From contig NC_043000.1 in NCBI RefSeq assembly GCF_006345805.1, positions 18,538,001 to 18,602,000 on the forward strand: DNA of 64,000 bases. Reading direction: 5' to 3'. Below the pieces are notes generated by a model. That model was not told the origin of the DNA, searched no databases, and was given only the letters and a program-made list of their open reading frames with translations. A program made the position numbers and the translations under genes. Numbering within the stretch: position 1 is the stretch's first letter; each line of letters starts with the position of its first letter. Shown in pieces: positions 36,561 to 50,483 of the stretch. This DNA comes from Octopus sinensis (taxonomy: Eukaryota).

Positions 36561-38330
36561 AACATCTTACATATATATCATAAATTCAGCTTTTGGTGAA
36601 AGTCAACAAAGTTTGCTTTAGAAGCGTTGAGATATATTGAAAGATACAGAACTGATTTTATTCTCAAACGCCAGATAATGCTAATACTATAGCATAAACA
36701 GGATAAACTATTCATATTTAGCAGAAAGATCAAGTGCTTTAGAATTAAGCTAAACTGCCCAGGGACAAATTCTGTAATTTTAGGATATATAAATTTTAGG
36801 ATATATATATATATATATATATATATATCGCTTGACAACTGATGTTGTTGTGTTTACGTCCCCTTAACCTAGTAGTTCGGCAACAGAGGCCGATAGAATA
36901 TGTACAAGCTTACAAAGCATAAGTCCTGGTGTCGACTTGCTTGACTAAAGGTGGTGTTCCAGCATGGCTGGAGTGGAATGACTGAAACAAGTAAAAGAAT
37001 ACAAGAATACATACATACTAACGCACACACACACATATATATAATCTTAGTTAAATTTCTAGTAGTTGAATAGGAAAACTTTATAATATGGCGATTAAAT
37101 AATTTCCCATACTTATTGGAAGATAGAAAATACGTACTTAGTACAGCAAAAAATTTACAAGGGATATTGGTAGCAATTGAATCAAAAGTAAATCTACTAA
37201 TCTTAGTAAATGCATCTGGGATTTAAAAGATAGGAACATTAAGTATGATCTAAAGTGGTTCATTATTAGTTATGCATCATCGTACAATATTAGTAATTCT
37301 ATATGTGATCTCCTCCTCTCTCTCTATATATATATGATAATGCAATAGAAACAATTGTCGGTTTTATAAAGTGAGATCTATAATAAAGATATAATTTTCT
37401 CTATACGTATTTTTTATTATATTAATATTAATATTAATATTCAATTTTTTCACCCTTATTTTTGATTATATATATATATATATATTTGCTGTGCAAGATT
37501 TTTTATGTGAAATCGTGTGTTGAAACAGATATTGTATTTCGGAATGGTCATTTTGCCAGTTTAGCCAATAAAAACACATGCACTGTATATTTGGTGTTAC
37601 TTTGCTTCAGTGTTATTTATTTTTTACATTAAACTTAATCTTATTTCGGCCAGAGTTCTTTCATCACACTCCTGTGACCGCATCAGTGGTCCTTTGCTTT
37701 CTTCTTTCTTATTTGTGTGTCTCTCCTTACTAACCGTAACAAAGATATTGAATGGCAGTGGAACAACCCTGGACATAGGTAGTTGAATAAAGGTATGTAG
37801 ATATATTCAAATATTATTTTTGAATTTTACTTCAGAAATGGCATGGACATTTGTTCCAACCCAATATATGTATGTATATATATATATTATATATATATAT
37901 ATATTAATTATAAAATATTAGGGAATAAATCCAAACTTACAGGGAAAAATCAGATTTAGGATTAAATCCAATTTTATAGTAAAATATATTATATTATATT
38001 AAATTAGAGATAAAACCATTATTTTATTTAGTTTCAGCTCACAAGCTGTGGCAATGTTGGGGCACATATATGTATATATATATTATATATTGTATATACA
38101 ATATATATATATATATATATATATATTGTATATATATATATATATATATAAATATATGTGCCCCAGCATTGCCACAGCTTATGAGCTGAAACAAAATAAA
38201 ATAAATATATATATATATATATATATACTGTATATGTATATATAAACAATATCTATCCAGCTGCTTTAACTCTTATATATATATATATATAAGCAGCGTT
38301 AGTGTTGTAAGCATTATCGACCACACACAC

Positions 38331-38578
38331 TCATCATCATCATCATCGTTTAACGTCCGCTCTCCATGCTAGCACGGGTTGGACGATTCGACCAGGTTCC
38401 AGTCTTATCTGGCAATGTTTCTACAGCTGGATGCCCTTCCTAACGCCAACCACTCCATGAGTGTAGTGGGTGCTTTTTACGTGCCACCCGCACAGGTGCC
38501 AGGCGAGGCTGGCAATGGCCACGGTCGGATTGGTGCATTTTACATGCCACTGGCACAGAAGCCAGTCGAGGCGGCACT
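38331..38578 (-). mobile_element. RTE LINE 3'UTR fragment
   Basis: (CAT)n plus gtttaacgtccgc...ctggatgcccttcctaacgccaacc. Confidence 0.85.
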
Positions 38579-38973
38579 CAATGTATGTGTTTTGTTTGTT
38601 CGCCGGTTCATTGAGATAGAGGCTGGTGGGTGACTCCCTCATGACACTAGGTGTTAGACCACCTGGAAGTCATAGACAGGCGAGACAACTTGTCTCCCAT
38701 CCCATTCAGGAGTGATGGATACCGATATTTCGCATTTTCGCAGCTTATCAACATCACGTACCTCAATCGAATTGTGACAATTGCCATTTCATGTGTACGG
38801 TTTTGTTTCCGAAATCATCTAATCCATTGTTTTAGCATGAAATAATAGCAGTCACTGGATATAGGAGCTCATTGACTTTCTCAGCAATGAAATTCTTCTC
38901 ACATTTCTCAGGCAGTGTTATTATCACTCTTTCCTTCTTTCTCTGTACATGATATAACTGGCACACCATCAGA

Positions 38974-39355
38974 AGGAGGCGCAATGGCCCAGTGGTTAGG
39001 GCAGCGGACTCGCGGTCATAGGATCGCGGTTTCGATTCCCAGACCGGGCGTTGTGAGTGTTTATTGAGCGAAAACACCTAAAGCTCCACGAGGCTCCGGC
39101 AGGGGATGGTGGTGATCCCTGCTGTACTCCTTCACCACAACTTTCTCTCACTCTTACTTCCTGTTTCTGTTGTACCCGTATTTCAAAGGGCCGGCCTTGT
39201 CACTCTGTGTGTCACACTGAATATCCCCGAGAACTACATTAAGGGTGCACGTGTCTGTGGAGTGCTCAGCCACTTACACGTTAATTTCACGAGCAGGCTG
39301 TTCCGTTGATTCGGATCAACCGGAACCCTCGTCGTCGTAACCGATGGAGTGCTTC
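38974..39355 (+). mobile_element. tRNA-derived SINE family C with 11-bp TSD
   Basis: tRNA-like head ggcgcaatggcccagtggttagggcagcggactcgcggtc...ttcgattccc; TSD CACACCATCAG at 38962-38972 and 39356-39366. Confidence 0.88.
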
Positions 39356-39366
39356 CACACCATCAG

Positions 39367-39645
39367 TTATGACGACGAGGGTTCCAGTTCCGATCAATGA
39401 AACAACCTGCTTGTGAAATTAACGTGCAAGTGGCTGAGCACTCCACAGACACATGCATCTTAACGTAGTTCTCCGGAGGATTTAAGCGTGACACAGAATG
39501 TAACAAAGCCGGCCCTTTGAATTACAGCTGAGTGGACTGGAGCAACATGAAACAAAATGTCTTGCTCAAGGACACAACACACTGCCAGGAATTGAACTCA
39601 TGATCATGAGCTGATTACCCTAACCATTAAGCCACACACCTTCAC
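39367..39645 (-). mobile_element. Older SINE sharing the family C body, opposite orientation (another copy at ~41195-41510)
   Basis: Reverse complement of ~39190-39340 (gtgcaagtggctgagcactccaca). Confidence 0.75.
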
Positions 39646-40539
39646 TGTACATGAGACAATTCGTCACAAAATATATTTTAATAACAATAACAAAAACAAG
39701 TTAGGAGTTCAGACTTTTTTATCTTGTGTTTATGAAACTAACCATATACCACATAATCTAAAATATATATGTATAACATGATGTTTCCCAATCATTAATA
39801 CAATAATTGATTGTAATACAGTACATTTCCCACTAGTCAACATTCCTAGCCACTGTCTATGAATAATAGATATATATGTTCATATTGAAACAATGCCAGT
39901 TGCCCGAGGTTCAATAAATAATTAGTTTTACTCAAACGTGGACTTAATTTATGAAGTAAATAAATAAAAACTGCTTTGGAACAGGCATAGCTGTGTGCTT
40001 TGCAACCATGTAGTTTTGGGTCCAGTTGCACTACATGTCACCTGGGGCATGTGTCTTCTACTATAGACCTGGGCTGATTCATGCCTCATGAATGAATTTG
40101 GTAGATGCTGAGTAGAAGCTTAACCTATACATCTTTTATCTTTAACTTGTTTCAATCATTAGACTGTGGTTATGTTGGGATACCGCCATGGAGAATTTTC
40201 TTTGTTTTTAGTTGAATCAATTGATCTCAGGACTTATTTTTTTAAAGCTTGGTACTTATTCTATCAATCTCTTTTGTTGAACTGCCAAGTTATGGGATCA
40301 TAAACACACCAGCACCAGTTGTCAAGCAATTGTAGAGGACAAACACAGACATATATGACAGGCTTCTTTCAGTCTCTGTCTACCAAATCCATTCACAAGG
40401 CTTTGGTCAGCCCAAGGCTATAGTAGGAAACAGTTGTTCAAGGTGCCATGCAATAGGACTGAACCCGGAACCATGTGGTTGTGAAGAATGCTTCTTGGTA
40501 TATATACCATCAGCATTTTATAGTCATGATATATATATA

Positions 40540-40773
40540 CCTATTTCTTTACTGCCCACAAGGGGTTAAACACAGAGAGGGCAAACAAGGACAGACAAAG
40601 GGATTAAGTCGATTACATCGACCCCAGTGAGTAAATGGTACTTAATTTATCGACCCCGAAAGGATGAAAGGCAAAGTCGACCTCGGCGGAATTTGAACTC
40701 AGAACGTAATGGCAGATGAGATATGGCTACGCATTTCGCCTGGCGTGCTAATGTTTCTGCCAGCTCGCTGCCT
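40540..40773 (-). mobile_element. SINE family B
   Basis: Reverse complement of the 15547 copy; flanked by duplicated gtcatgatatatatatacc. Confidence 0.88.
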
Positions 40774-43594
40774 TGTCATGATATATATACCATCAGCATT
40801 TAAATATCCACTTTCCCATGCACACACAGATCAAATGGAATTTGTTGAGGCAAATTTTCTATGGCTGGATGCCCTTCCTGTCACCATCCTCACCTGTTTT
40901 TAAGCAAGGTGATATTTCCTTGTAGCCAGACTTGTTTTCCATGGAAGACTAGGAACGAACAACATTGCTTCTTTGACAGTAATGCTCATTTACAACATCA
41001 CATGATGTCAAGACAAAGGTACTCACATCTTTCAGTTTCTGTCTATCTAATTCACTCACAAAGCCTTTGTTGGCCCAGGATCATAGGACAAGATATACAT
41101 ATACTTAATGTGATGGATTCTCCTATCAAAGAGTATTCAGTTTTTACTGAATGACCTGTGCAAAGGATTTGCTTATAGTCATACTTAATGTGGAGCACTC
41201 CATTGGTTGTGACGACGAGGATCACAGCTGATCCGATCAACAGAACAGCTTGCTCGTGAAATTAATGTGCAAGTGGCTGAGCACTCCACAAACACGTGTA
41301 CCCTTAACTAGTTCTCGGGGAGATTCAGCATGACACAGTGTGTGACAAAGCTGGTCCTTTGAAATACAGGTACTACTCACTTTTGCCAGCTGAGTAGACT
41401 GGAGCAACGTGAAATAAAGTATCTTGCTCAAGGACACAACGCACCGCCAGGAATTGAACTCACAACCTTACGATCATGAGCTGAATGCCCCTAACCGCAC
41501 AGCTATGCACCATCACTTAATGTAACACATATAAAAATACTTATCCTGTCCAGTTAAAGAAAAAATGTAAAAAGTATCTTTAAACATTTTCATGCTGTTT
41601 CCACATTTTACCTATAACCTTTGATTTGTATGAATTTTTAACCCCTTTTCAACTATGTGTATATGTACATAAGTAAGTTTGTATGTGTGTATGAGAAAGA
41701 CCATGTGTGTGTTTGAGTGAGTTTGTATTTCTCAGACTATATGAGTAATTGTTGATTGTAAACAATGGCTTTGCTATTGATGTAATTTGCTTGCAGTAAA
41801 ATATGAAAACGGATCTGGACAATGTGACAAATTTTGGCATGTTGTGCAGTCTTTGTAATCAAAAAAGCTCACTCAATAAAATGTCATTTGTTTCAGATTC
41901 TCCATGTAAACATGTCAGAGCTGCTTGTTCAATAAACTAAAAGATTGTTGCCTCACTTGGAAACAAGTAGGAGTTGGTGACAGGAAGGGGATCTGGTCAT
42001 AGGAAACATTTATCAAGCTGCCACAAAACGGGACTAAACCCAAAACCAACCTTCCAATCACACCATATATGTGGAAAAAAAATCTTTTTCCTTTTAAATA
42101 TAGATTTAGGTAAACCGGTTTTTCTATAACCACTAACTAAATTGTGTAATAGTGACAGCTATAAACGTCTTCTTTAACATTTAAAATAAGGAAAGAACAC
42201 ATTAGATAACAAAGTCCTAAATAAGATAAGATGGAATCAATTGACATATTTCTATTATGGTTGACTTGGGGCTGAACAAAAAAGATAATCCATTGACTTA
42301 TGACTAAATTATTGAGTAAACAGAAAGAATTCTTGTCCCATAAAGTCCACTAGCTGTTTACATCAGGATACTGAAAATCAGTATATTGGTCTCTAAATTT
42401 CAACACCATCCACGATATTTGTGGAAAGGCATAAACAATTACATGAAACCTAGTTCTTAACTGGTACTAATTTCAGCAATATCTGAGATGACTGAAGTCA
42501 AAATTGTCTACAAGAATCAAATCCCAAACATCAAGAACTCTAACTAAATACAGCAAGCATTTTTCAGTTGCTCTCCTATCACCATTCTTATGAAAACCAG
42601 AATGTTACATTATTGCTATCATCAGTTTAATGCACTCTTTTCTATGTTTGCATGGGTCAGACAGGAGTATTTTGATGACAGAGGCTTCTTTATATGGATG
42701 TCCTGCCCGTCATCATTTCCCATTTGTTTCCAACTCAGGTAATAATCTCCCAGTCTATTAAACAAGCAGCTTGGACATATTTATGTGGAGAATAGGAAAC
42801 AAAGAACACAGTATGGATGAGCCTTTTGTTTTACAAAAATTGTAAATTGGATGTGCTCTCATAGTGAAATGCAAGCAAGTCATACTGTTAGCAAAGCCAT
42901 TGCTCACAACTAGTAAGCAAAACATGAGCAGTCAAAGGGAATATGAACTCATTCACAGAAACAAATAACAAATACATTAATTCACGAATGACAAGCGAAC
43001 AAGAGTCATAAAATCAACTTCATTGGCTTGCAGCTATTTCTGCTATAAGAAGCAGTGAACTCAGAGTATATGTATTGAGTTCTAACAATTGATTATTAAT
43101 ATCACTATGCCTAAGTGAAATCAGAAGATACATAATATATATATATATATATATATATAGGTTTCAAATTTTGGCATAAGGCCAGCAATTTTTGGGCAAA
43201 GGAAATAAGTCAATTGATCCCCGCATGCAGTTGGTACTTATTTTATTGGCCCCGAAAGGATGAAAGGCAAAATCGACTTTGGTAGAATTTGAACTCTGAA
43301 CATAAGGATGGATGAAACATTGCTAAGCATTTTACCCAGTTCAGTAACAATTTTGCCAGCTCACCACCAAGATATATACACATGCACACACACACCCACA
43401 TATATATATAATGAGCTTGTTTCAGTTTCAGTCTACCATATCTACTCACAAGGCTTTAACTAGTCCAGGGCTATAGCAGAAGATACTTACCCAAAACCAT
43501 GTAGCTGGGAAGCAAACTCATTAACCACATAATCATACCTGCAGTTTCAGATTGTAGAAATCTTCATAATTAGCATCATCAGTATTTTATATTC

Positions 43595-44245
43595 ATTTTT
43601 CCATTATTTACATCTGACAAATATTTATCTTCATCTTGTTTGTTGTTAACACAATGTACTCTGCAGCCTTCATCAGGTGTCCTGGAGGAATTTTGAACCT
43701 GGGTTCTCATTCCTAAGGTATTTTTCTGATGTTATTATTATTATTATTATTCAGGTCACTGCCTGGAATCGAACTTGGAATCTTGGAGTTAGTAGCTTGC
43801 ACTCTTAACCACTACGCCATATGCCAGTGGGCAATTATGGAGTGAATTTTAGGGTTTATAAATCTAATATTTTCCTATCCTTCCTTAATACTGGTTCCTA
43901 TATTCTACTCATATCTGCACTAGGTCTGTTTAGGAGGTTATTATGTCCTAGCATATGTGCTGCCTATTTTAGTTTTTGTATTTTCCATTGGTGTTCTCTG
44001 TCTATTATTTTAACTTCATCCCACAAGGGGAGGTAGTCTCCGTTTTTTTCATACATGATCAGCTATACCCGATCTATCAATATCTCCATATCACAGCTCT
44101 GTGATGTTCCTCTACCCTTATCTTGAGGGGGTAGCATGTTCTACCTTTGTATAACCTACATCAGCCGAAATGTTGTGCTAACAACAAACAAGAGGAGGAC
44201 AAATATCTGTCAAATGTAAATAATGTACATAATTCCTCATCTCTC
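43595..44245. mobile_element. Decayed fold-back Penelope-like element
   Basis: ~43602-43655 is the reverse complement of ~44172-44226; only hammerhead remnants remain (ccttcatcag on the left arm, cagccgaaa on the right). Confidence 0.55.
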
Positions 44246-44626
44246 AAATATAGAACTGTTTCATTTTCCCATGTTCGCACAGATTGGACAGATCTGTTCC
44301 AGCACAATGTTTTGCTACATGTTGTCTTTTGTCATCTAATATACAGAACAGCAGAAAAAAACAGACAAATCTTTGTTGTTCTGCATGTTACAATTGTTAT
44401 ATCTGAATGTCCATTTTATCACCAACCCCTTTATAGAAACGACTGAATGAATCGTTGTGCTACTGACAATGTTAGTGAGCGAGATATTATGCAGTGGACA
44501 ACTCAACTAAATAATTAACACTTAGTACAATCTGATTTTCTTACTTTTTTTAGCTTCAGACCATCTGTTATTTTTCCATTCCTCACCCTCAAAGAAATTG
44601 TTTAGATGTTTTAAACTCTTTATTAA

Positions 44627-44846
44627 CCCTTTTATTACTGTATTTATTCCGAGATGCTCTCTGTTTCTTTCAATTACTTTCAATATAACAAAGAATTTAG
44701 TAAAATAACTTAGTTACCATTCAGCTAGTGTTAGGAACATAAATTGTGACTAAGGTTTGGTGGTATATTTTAATGCAAAACTTATGAAAATAAGACATTT
44801 GTACTCAGAGCCAGAGCCGGTTTCAGCCAGGTTGGTAACGAAAGGG
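44627..44846. mobile_element. piggyBac-like MITE
   Basis: TTAA|CCCTTTTATTAC...GTAACGAAAGGG|TTAA. Confidence 0.8.
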
Positions 44847-45090
44847 TTAAAAAGTAAACAAAACAAATTACAACAAAAGATGCATGAAATTGATTCTAAA
44901 TAGAGTCAAAATGTTTATTATAATATACAATATAATTTTGTACTCAATTTAATAATTTCTATAATATAAATGAGAATAAATTATAGCAGCATGTATTGCT
45001 GTACATGTTTGAAGATAACTTAATACAAAATATAAATAAATAATAGCAAATAAAAAAATTAACCAAATATCTTAAATATTAAACAGTATC

Positions 45091-45713
45091 TCAGATATCC
45101 AGCCCATCCATTTGGTCAAAATGCATGTTAACATGCACTTCAAAATCCTTTTGAGATACATGTTGAAAGTTTTTGTCACATACAGGACATTTACGGTGTG
45201 AGTCTCTTGTTTCACCTTGGGAGGAACATTTAGCAATATGCTCTTGGAATTTAACCATTTCTAAACAATGAAAGCTTCTTGAACAATAAGGACAAATAAT
45301 ATTCTCATCTTCGGTCCTCTTTGTAGGGTTTTCAAAAGGAAGGTTATATGCTGCCTCTGCCACAGAAGAATTTTGAGGAGAATGAGTTGTAGATTCATAC
45401 AGAAAAGTTTTGTTTAAATCTGTAAGTTTATCAACAGTTTTTGGCTTCTGATGCAAGTCAATCACTTTTTGAGGATTATGTAGAGTTTGAAATGGGTCTC
45501 TCTTGAAATCCTGCCAGCTAGGATCATTATCATCGTCATCATCATCCTCATCCTGAACTATTTCAGCTGAAGGCTCCACAGAATAAGGATAACAAGGTTT
45601 AAAATGCTCACTTGGGTTTAAGATATCAAGTTCATTATGTTCTAGTTGTTTTCTTGGATGTGATGAGGTGGATAATGTTGCAATCACATTGGAAGGATTT
45701 CTATGCAGACGGA
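45091..45713 (-). CDS. Last coding exon of the AZI2/TBKBP1-like TBK1 adaptor; two UBZ-type zinc fingers
   Basis: Acceptor ctaatctttcag| in phase 1; acidic DEDDDDDND tract; CPYC...HIAKC and CPVC...HVNMHF; TGA at 45091-45093; AATAAA on minus at 44914-44919. Confidence 0.85.
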
Positions 45714-46821
45714 CTGAAAGATTAGTAAAGTAAAAAAATCACAATTAATTTACATCCTAGAAATATTGATAGAGAGATGTAGTAAAAAAGTAAAATATAG
45801 AGACAACAAATTCTCACATATAACATGAGGCAATTAAAAAAAAACAAACAAGGCTAAACGTTTTTCCAGAGAGATATTCAGGAAAAGTTAAGAAATATGA
45901 ATTGAAGAAATGACAATGTAGACAAGACACTGGTAGATGAGAAAAGGTATTGTATGAAGAAGATGATGTACAAAAAAAACAAAAACAAAACAAAACAAAA
46001 AAAAAACCAACAAAAAACCCCCAAAAACTAGACAATTCATGATAGATGGCCAGTGAAGGTCGTGGGCACTGTGTCCTTTATCTCTCTATATATAAATGGT
46101 AAAACGTCTGTCTGTGTGTGTGTCCTTTATATAAATCCACAATTTTTCAGTTAGAGGGCTCACACTTTCTATGGTCATTCAAAACCGTCCAAGGGTGGTC
46201 GTACACATCTTTACATTTCCCCAGTCACCCCGCAAAGCTATTAAAAAAAATCAATAGAAGTTACTTTTTTGTGAATTTTCTATCCAAAACCCAATCAAAA
46301 TGCCTGAAATTTGATACGCCAATTGAATGCCAGCAAGCTGTATGTGATTGGTCAGAGATTTGGACAGTACTCGCGTGTATGTGCGCACGCACGAAGCTGT
46401 CCTAACTAAACCATTTGAGGAAGATAAGAAATTATGACTACAATACAGTTATTAATACATGAATTCAAATACTAGGAATAATAGTGACAATGTGTCATGA
46501 ATTGAATATGTTTGAGCAACAATATTATCTCATGTGCAGGCCTAACCTGTGTAAAACATGATATACTTCATTTCAACTGTTTCGCTTGATTAAATTTTTC
46601 ACTGTTGTGAAACACCAGTCTTCAATTGTTTGTGAACAGACTGGGTAACAAAGTAATTGCAACATATCTTGACAGCTGTTCTGCATCTATCCAGTCAAAG
46701 ATTTTACAGCAGAACGTTACAGTATTGAGACAGAGCAGGAAGAAGTTCAGTATATTTGGAGTATAAGACATGTAGGCTGCCACTGCTTAATGTTCAAGTG
46801 ATGAACTTCAAACCATAGATG

Positions 46822-47376
46822 TGTAGTGATCCTGTACAACGGCACGCGCGCGCACCGCCCTTTTCTGTTTCGCGCGTGCGGGGCCGGTGCTTTCACCACC
46901 GGAAGAAGGAATTTGCCTATGTGGCAGTTTAGCCGCGAGGCAAGGGAGCGTAGGACGTTGACCACCAGCGTCCAGTAGGCAGTGACTTGAGACACAGCGA
47001 CCGAAGGCATCAGACGTGTAATTCTCTCTCTCTGTCCGGACTTGATAGCAGCAGTCAAGAGAAGACTTTTAACCAGGATTTGTTGCCGACCACATCATAT
47101 TCTCTCCCTATTCGGACGCCATCTTGACCAGTGTTGTTTGCATTTGAACACTGTAAATTCTACAGCGATAAAGTTCAGCTCTGACACATCCATGCCAAGC
47201 GGAACCAGATATACCACTTATTTGTTACTGTCATAAGAGAATAAAGTAGATATATATTTTTTATGTCTGCGTCTTGTTGTTTCTGACTGGTAGAATCTGG
47301 ATATTAAAGCAATGGTAATTTGTATGCACCAACTGCACCTTAAAAGTGCAGTGAAGCTATGTTAGTTCCCGTTACA
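46822..47376 (+). mobile_element. Solo LTR (Gypsy-like, 4-bp TSD), intronic
   Basis: TGTAGTG...CGTTACA; TSD GATG at 46818-46821 and 47377-47380; related to 8080-8585. Confidence 0.85.
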
Positions 47377-47544
47377 GATGTATTCAGACATAGTCAAACC
47401 GGAGATATACCAACTTTCATATCATGTTTACAACTATTTTGCATACATTTGTTTAACAACTGAGTTTCTTCTCTTGTTTTTTCATTCCATTCATTTTTCT
47501 GTAGGATACCTGTTTTCAATGTCCATGTTTTATGGTCATACAGC

Positions 47545-48242
47545 ACCACAACCCTGGTCTAGCGACCGAGACTTGTGGAAATATGCTGTGCTCGAGAAGA
47601 CCCGGCAAGCCAGATGAAGTCATAACCCATGGCCTATGCCAGGAGCATAACCAGCCCCGCTTATGCGTAGCTTTTCCTTCTTTGGTCACTAAACTTTGCT
47701 TGCGAAGACCTGTTGAGGCAAGTGAAATCAAATCAAAATCATTTTGATGACTGGCATCTGTGATAGCGGGGTGCAAAGAGCACCATACGAGTGTGACCGT
47801 TGACAGAGTGGCTATTCGAGTATGATCATTACCAGCGTCGCCTTACTGTCACTTATGCTAGTAGGGTGCCAAGAGCACCATCCGAGCGTGATCGTTACCA
47901 GAGCGGCCAACTGGCTTCCGTACCCGTGGAACGTAAAAGGGCACCATTCGAGCGTGATCGTTACCAACGTCGCTTCACTGGCACCTGTGGCGGTGGCACG
48001 TGTAAAAGATTCGAGTGAGGTCATTGCCAGTACCGCCTGACTGGCACCCGTGCAGGTGGCACGTAAAAAGCACCCACTACACTCTCGGAGTGGTTGGCGT
48101 TAGGAAGGGCATCCAGCTGTAGAAACTCTGCCAGATTAAGACTGGAGCCTGGTGCAGCCATCTGGTTGCCAGCCCTCAGTCAAAAGCGTCCAACCCATGC
48201 TAGCATGGAAAACAGACGTTAAATGATAATGATGATGATGAT
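47545..48242 (+). mobile_element. RTE LINE 3' end
   Basis: DRDLWKYAVLEKTRQ terminus followed by a repetitive 3'UTR and (GAT)n. Confidence 0.85.
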
Positions 48243-48479
48243 AGAGATAAAAATTCTCTAATGACAATAAAAACTAAGCCCCTTAAATATGTTATGTACT
48301 TTATTAAGCTCCTGAAGGTTCCATTCCAGCAAAACTTATATACTATCCCAAGCAAACTACAGGGGCAGTTCTTGGTGTTTTGTTTCTGATATTTCTTACT
48401 GACAGTTTTACCAGTTCATATGGTGCACCTAAACCACTGACTCTTTGTTCACCTTAATTTCCATTACACATTTTGCATA

Positions 48480-48992
48480 TCTATATATATAAAACTGTAG
48501 TTGTGTGAGTGTCTGTCCCCTTCGATTTAGATTCCTAACTACTCCCACATTTTGCGGTGCAGTTTAACCAATTTCGGGTATCTTACAGTCGTGATTCATA
48601 TCGAGCCCGTCTGAGTATTAGTGCGCGTCTACGATGAGTCTACGATTTTAAAAATAATTTAACATAATTTTTTATTCCATTTTAATGCATAATTTTTCGT
48701 GTGTCGATGGCGGCGGAGTTGGCGTCCATGGTCACACCTGCACCTGTTTGCTTCTCCCCCTTCTTCCCTCCCTCGTGAAGCTGTGGGGAAGGGAGCGTAA
48801 GGAAATCAATGTCGCAAAGCATTGTCAAGGAGACCAGCGTTCTTTTAGAACAACGGCTTCATGGCTTGAAGACACCAAAACAGAAATGGCTAAGAAAGCC
48901 CGAATTGGCATCTATAAGGGAAGTAACTCTCTAAAAATGCTTATATAGTTATTTCCCTTACAAACCCGAGCAACGCCGGGCGATACTGCTAG
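48480..48992 (+). mobile_element. Non-autonomous Helitron with an extra GC-rich internal segment
   Basis: A|TC start; hairpin cccgagcaacgccggg; CTAG end. Confidence 0.85.
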
Positions 48993-49393
48993 TCTTTATA
49001 TATAAAAGTCAAGTTGTGTGTCTGTCTCCTACGATTTAGATTCCTAACTACTCCCACATTTTGCGGTGCAGTGTAACCAAAAGCGGGTATCTTATAGTCG
49101 TGATTCATATCGAATCCGTCTGGGCATTAGCGCGCGTCTACGATGAGTCTACGATTTAAAAAATAATTTACCATCATTTTTTTCCATTTTAATGCATTTT
49201 TTTCACTATTATATAAGGGAAGTAACTCTCTAAAAATGTCTACGATGAGTCAACGATTAAAAAAAAAATTTACCATAATTTTTTTTCCATTTTTAATGCA
49301 TTTTTTTTTGCTATTTTTTGGCTATAACTCTCTAAAAATGCTTATATAGTTATTTCCCTTACAAATCCAGGCAATGCCGGGCGATACTGCTAG
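48993..49393 (+). mobile_element. Non-autonomous Helitron, head-to-tail with the previous one
   Basis: TC start directly after the CTAG of the upstream copy; CTAG|T end; near-identical to 31636-32029. Confidence 0.85.
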
Positions 49394-49615
49394 TTGCTTA
49401 TATAACACTGAACTGGTATTCTCTCATTTTCCATGAGAGTTTTTTAAATCTTTTCCTATTTCCTTGTCTTACGGCAAAATATCCCCTCATATATTTTACT
49501 TAAGCTCTTTTTGACATAGATTTCCACTATTTTTTTTAAAACTCTAGTAATTATTATTGAATAATTAGCTCTGCTAGCTTCCTCACGAAAATAAAGTATG
49601 GCTATTTTCCAGCTA

Positions 49616-49930
49616 ATCATCATCATCATCATTTAGAGTCCGCTTTCCATGCTAGCATGGGTTGGACGGTTCAACTGGGGTCTGGGAAGCCAGAAGGCTG
49701 CACCAGGCCCAGTTTGATCTGGCAATGTTTCTACAGCTGGATGCCCTTCCTAACACCAACCACTCCATGAGTGTAGTGGGTGCTTTTTACGTGCCACGGG
49801 GGCCAGGCGAGGCTGGCAACGGACACGAGCGGACGGTGCCTTTTATGTGCCACCGGCACGGGGGCCAGGCGAAGCTGGCAACGGACACGAACGGATGGTG
49901 CTTTTTACGTGCCACCGGCACGAGGCCAAA
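49616..49930 (-). mobile_element. RTE LINE 3'UTR fragment (further copies at ~50007-50230, 50715-51012, 54479-54838, 61224-61570)
   Basis: Same conserved tail motif and (CAT)n. Confidence 0.85.
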
Positions 49931-50483
49931 ACTCCTACAGCTATTAAATATTTTTTATTATGAGCATGATAGTGACAGTTAGCCCACACAACCAAGAAGA
50001 TCTGGAATCATCATCATCATTTAACATCCATTGTCCATGCTGGCATGGGTGGATGGTGTGACCAGAGTTGGCAAACCACAAGGCTGCAACAGACTCCAGT
50101 CTGATTTGGCATGGTTTTTATGGCTGGATGCCCTTCCTAATACCAACCACTTTACTGAGTATGCTGGATGCTTTTACATGGCACTGTAGGGGCATTTTAA
50201 TGTAACACCACACAGGTCCTTTTACATACATGAAGCATACACTCATGTGTCTATGTGATGCCACATGGGCGCTTGAGCTGACATTTAAGGAACAAGATTA
50301 ATAAAAGAATTATCGTCTTCCATTGAAGACAGTCTTTGGATTCCTTCGTGCCAGATTCTTGGTAAATAAATCCTGTCAAAATTCTATCTGCTGCTTTTCC
50401 CCCACATCTATAATTTCATGAAGATTGAAAGTAAGAACTGTCAGACATCTTAATTAATTGAAAGAAAGTAAGTAAGTACATAC

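Noticed and set aside
37630-37692. Minus-strand CTGATGC-GGTC...GGCC-GAAA motif
   Set aside because: A9 is missing and no consistent stem I/III or cleavage triplet is present; at best a decayed copy.
38976-39050. tRNA gene
   Set aside because: It is the tRNA-like head of a SINE with a TSD; the acceptor stem is imperfect and there is no Pol III terminator.
47780-48020. Regularly spaced gagcgtgatcgttacca repeats resembling a CRISPR array
   Set aside because: They are internal tandem repeats of the RTE 3'UTR in eukaryotic DNA, with related spacers and no cas genes.
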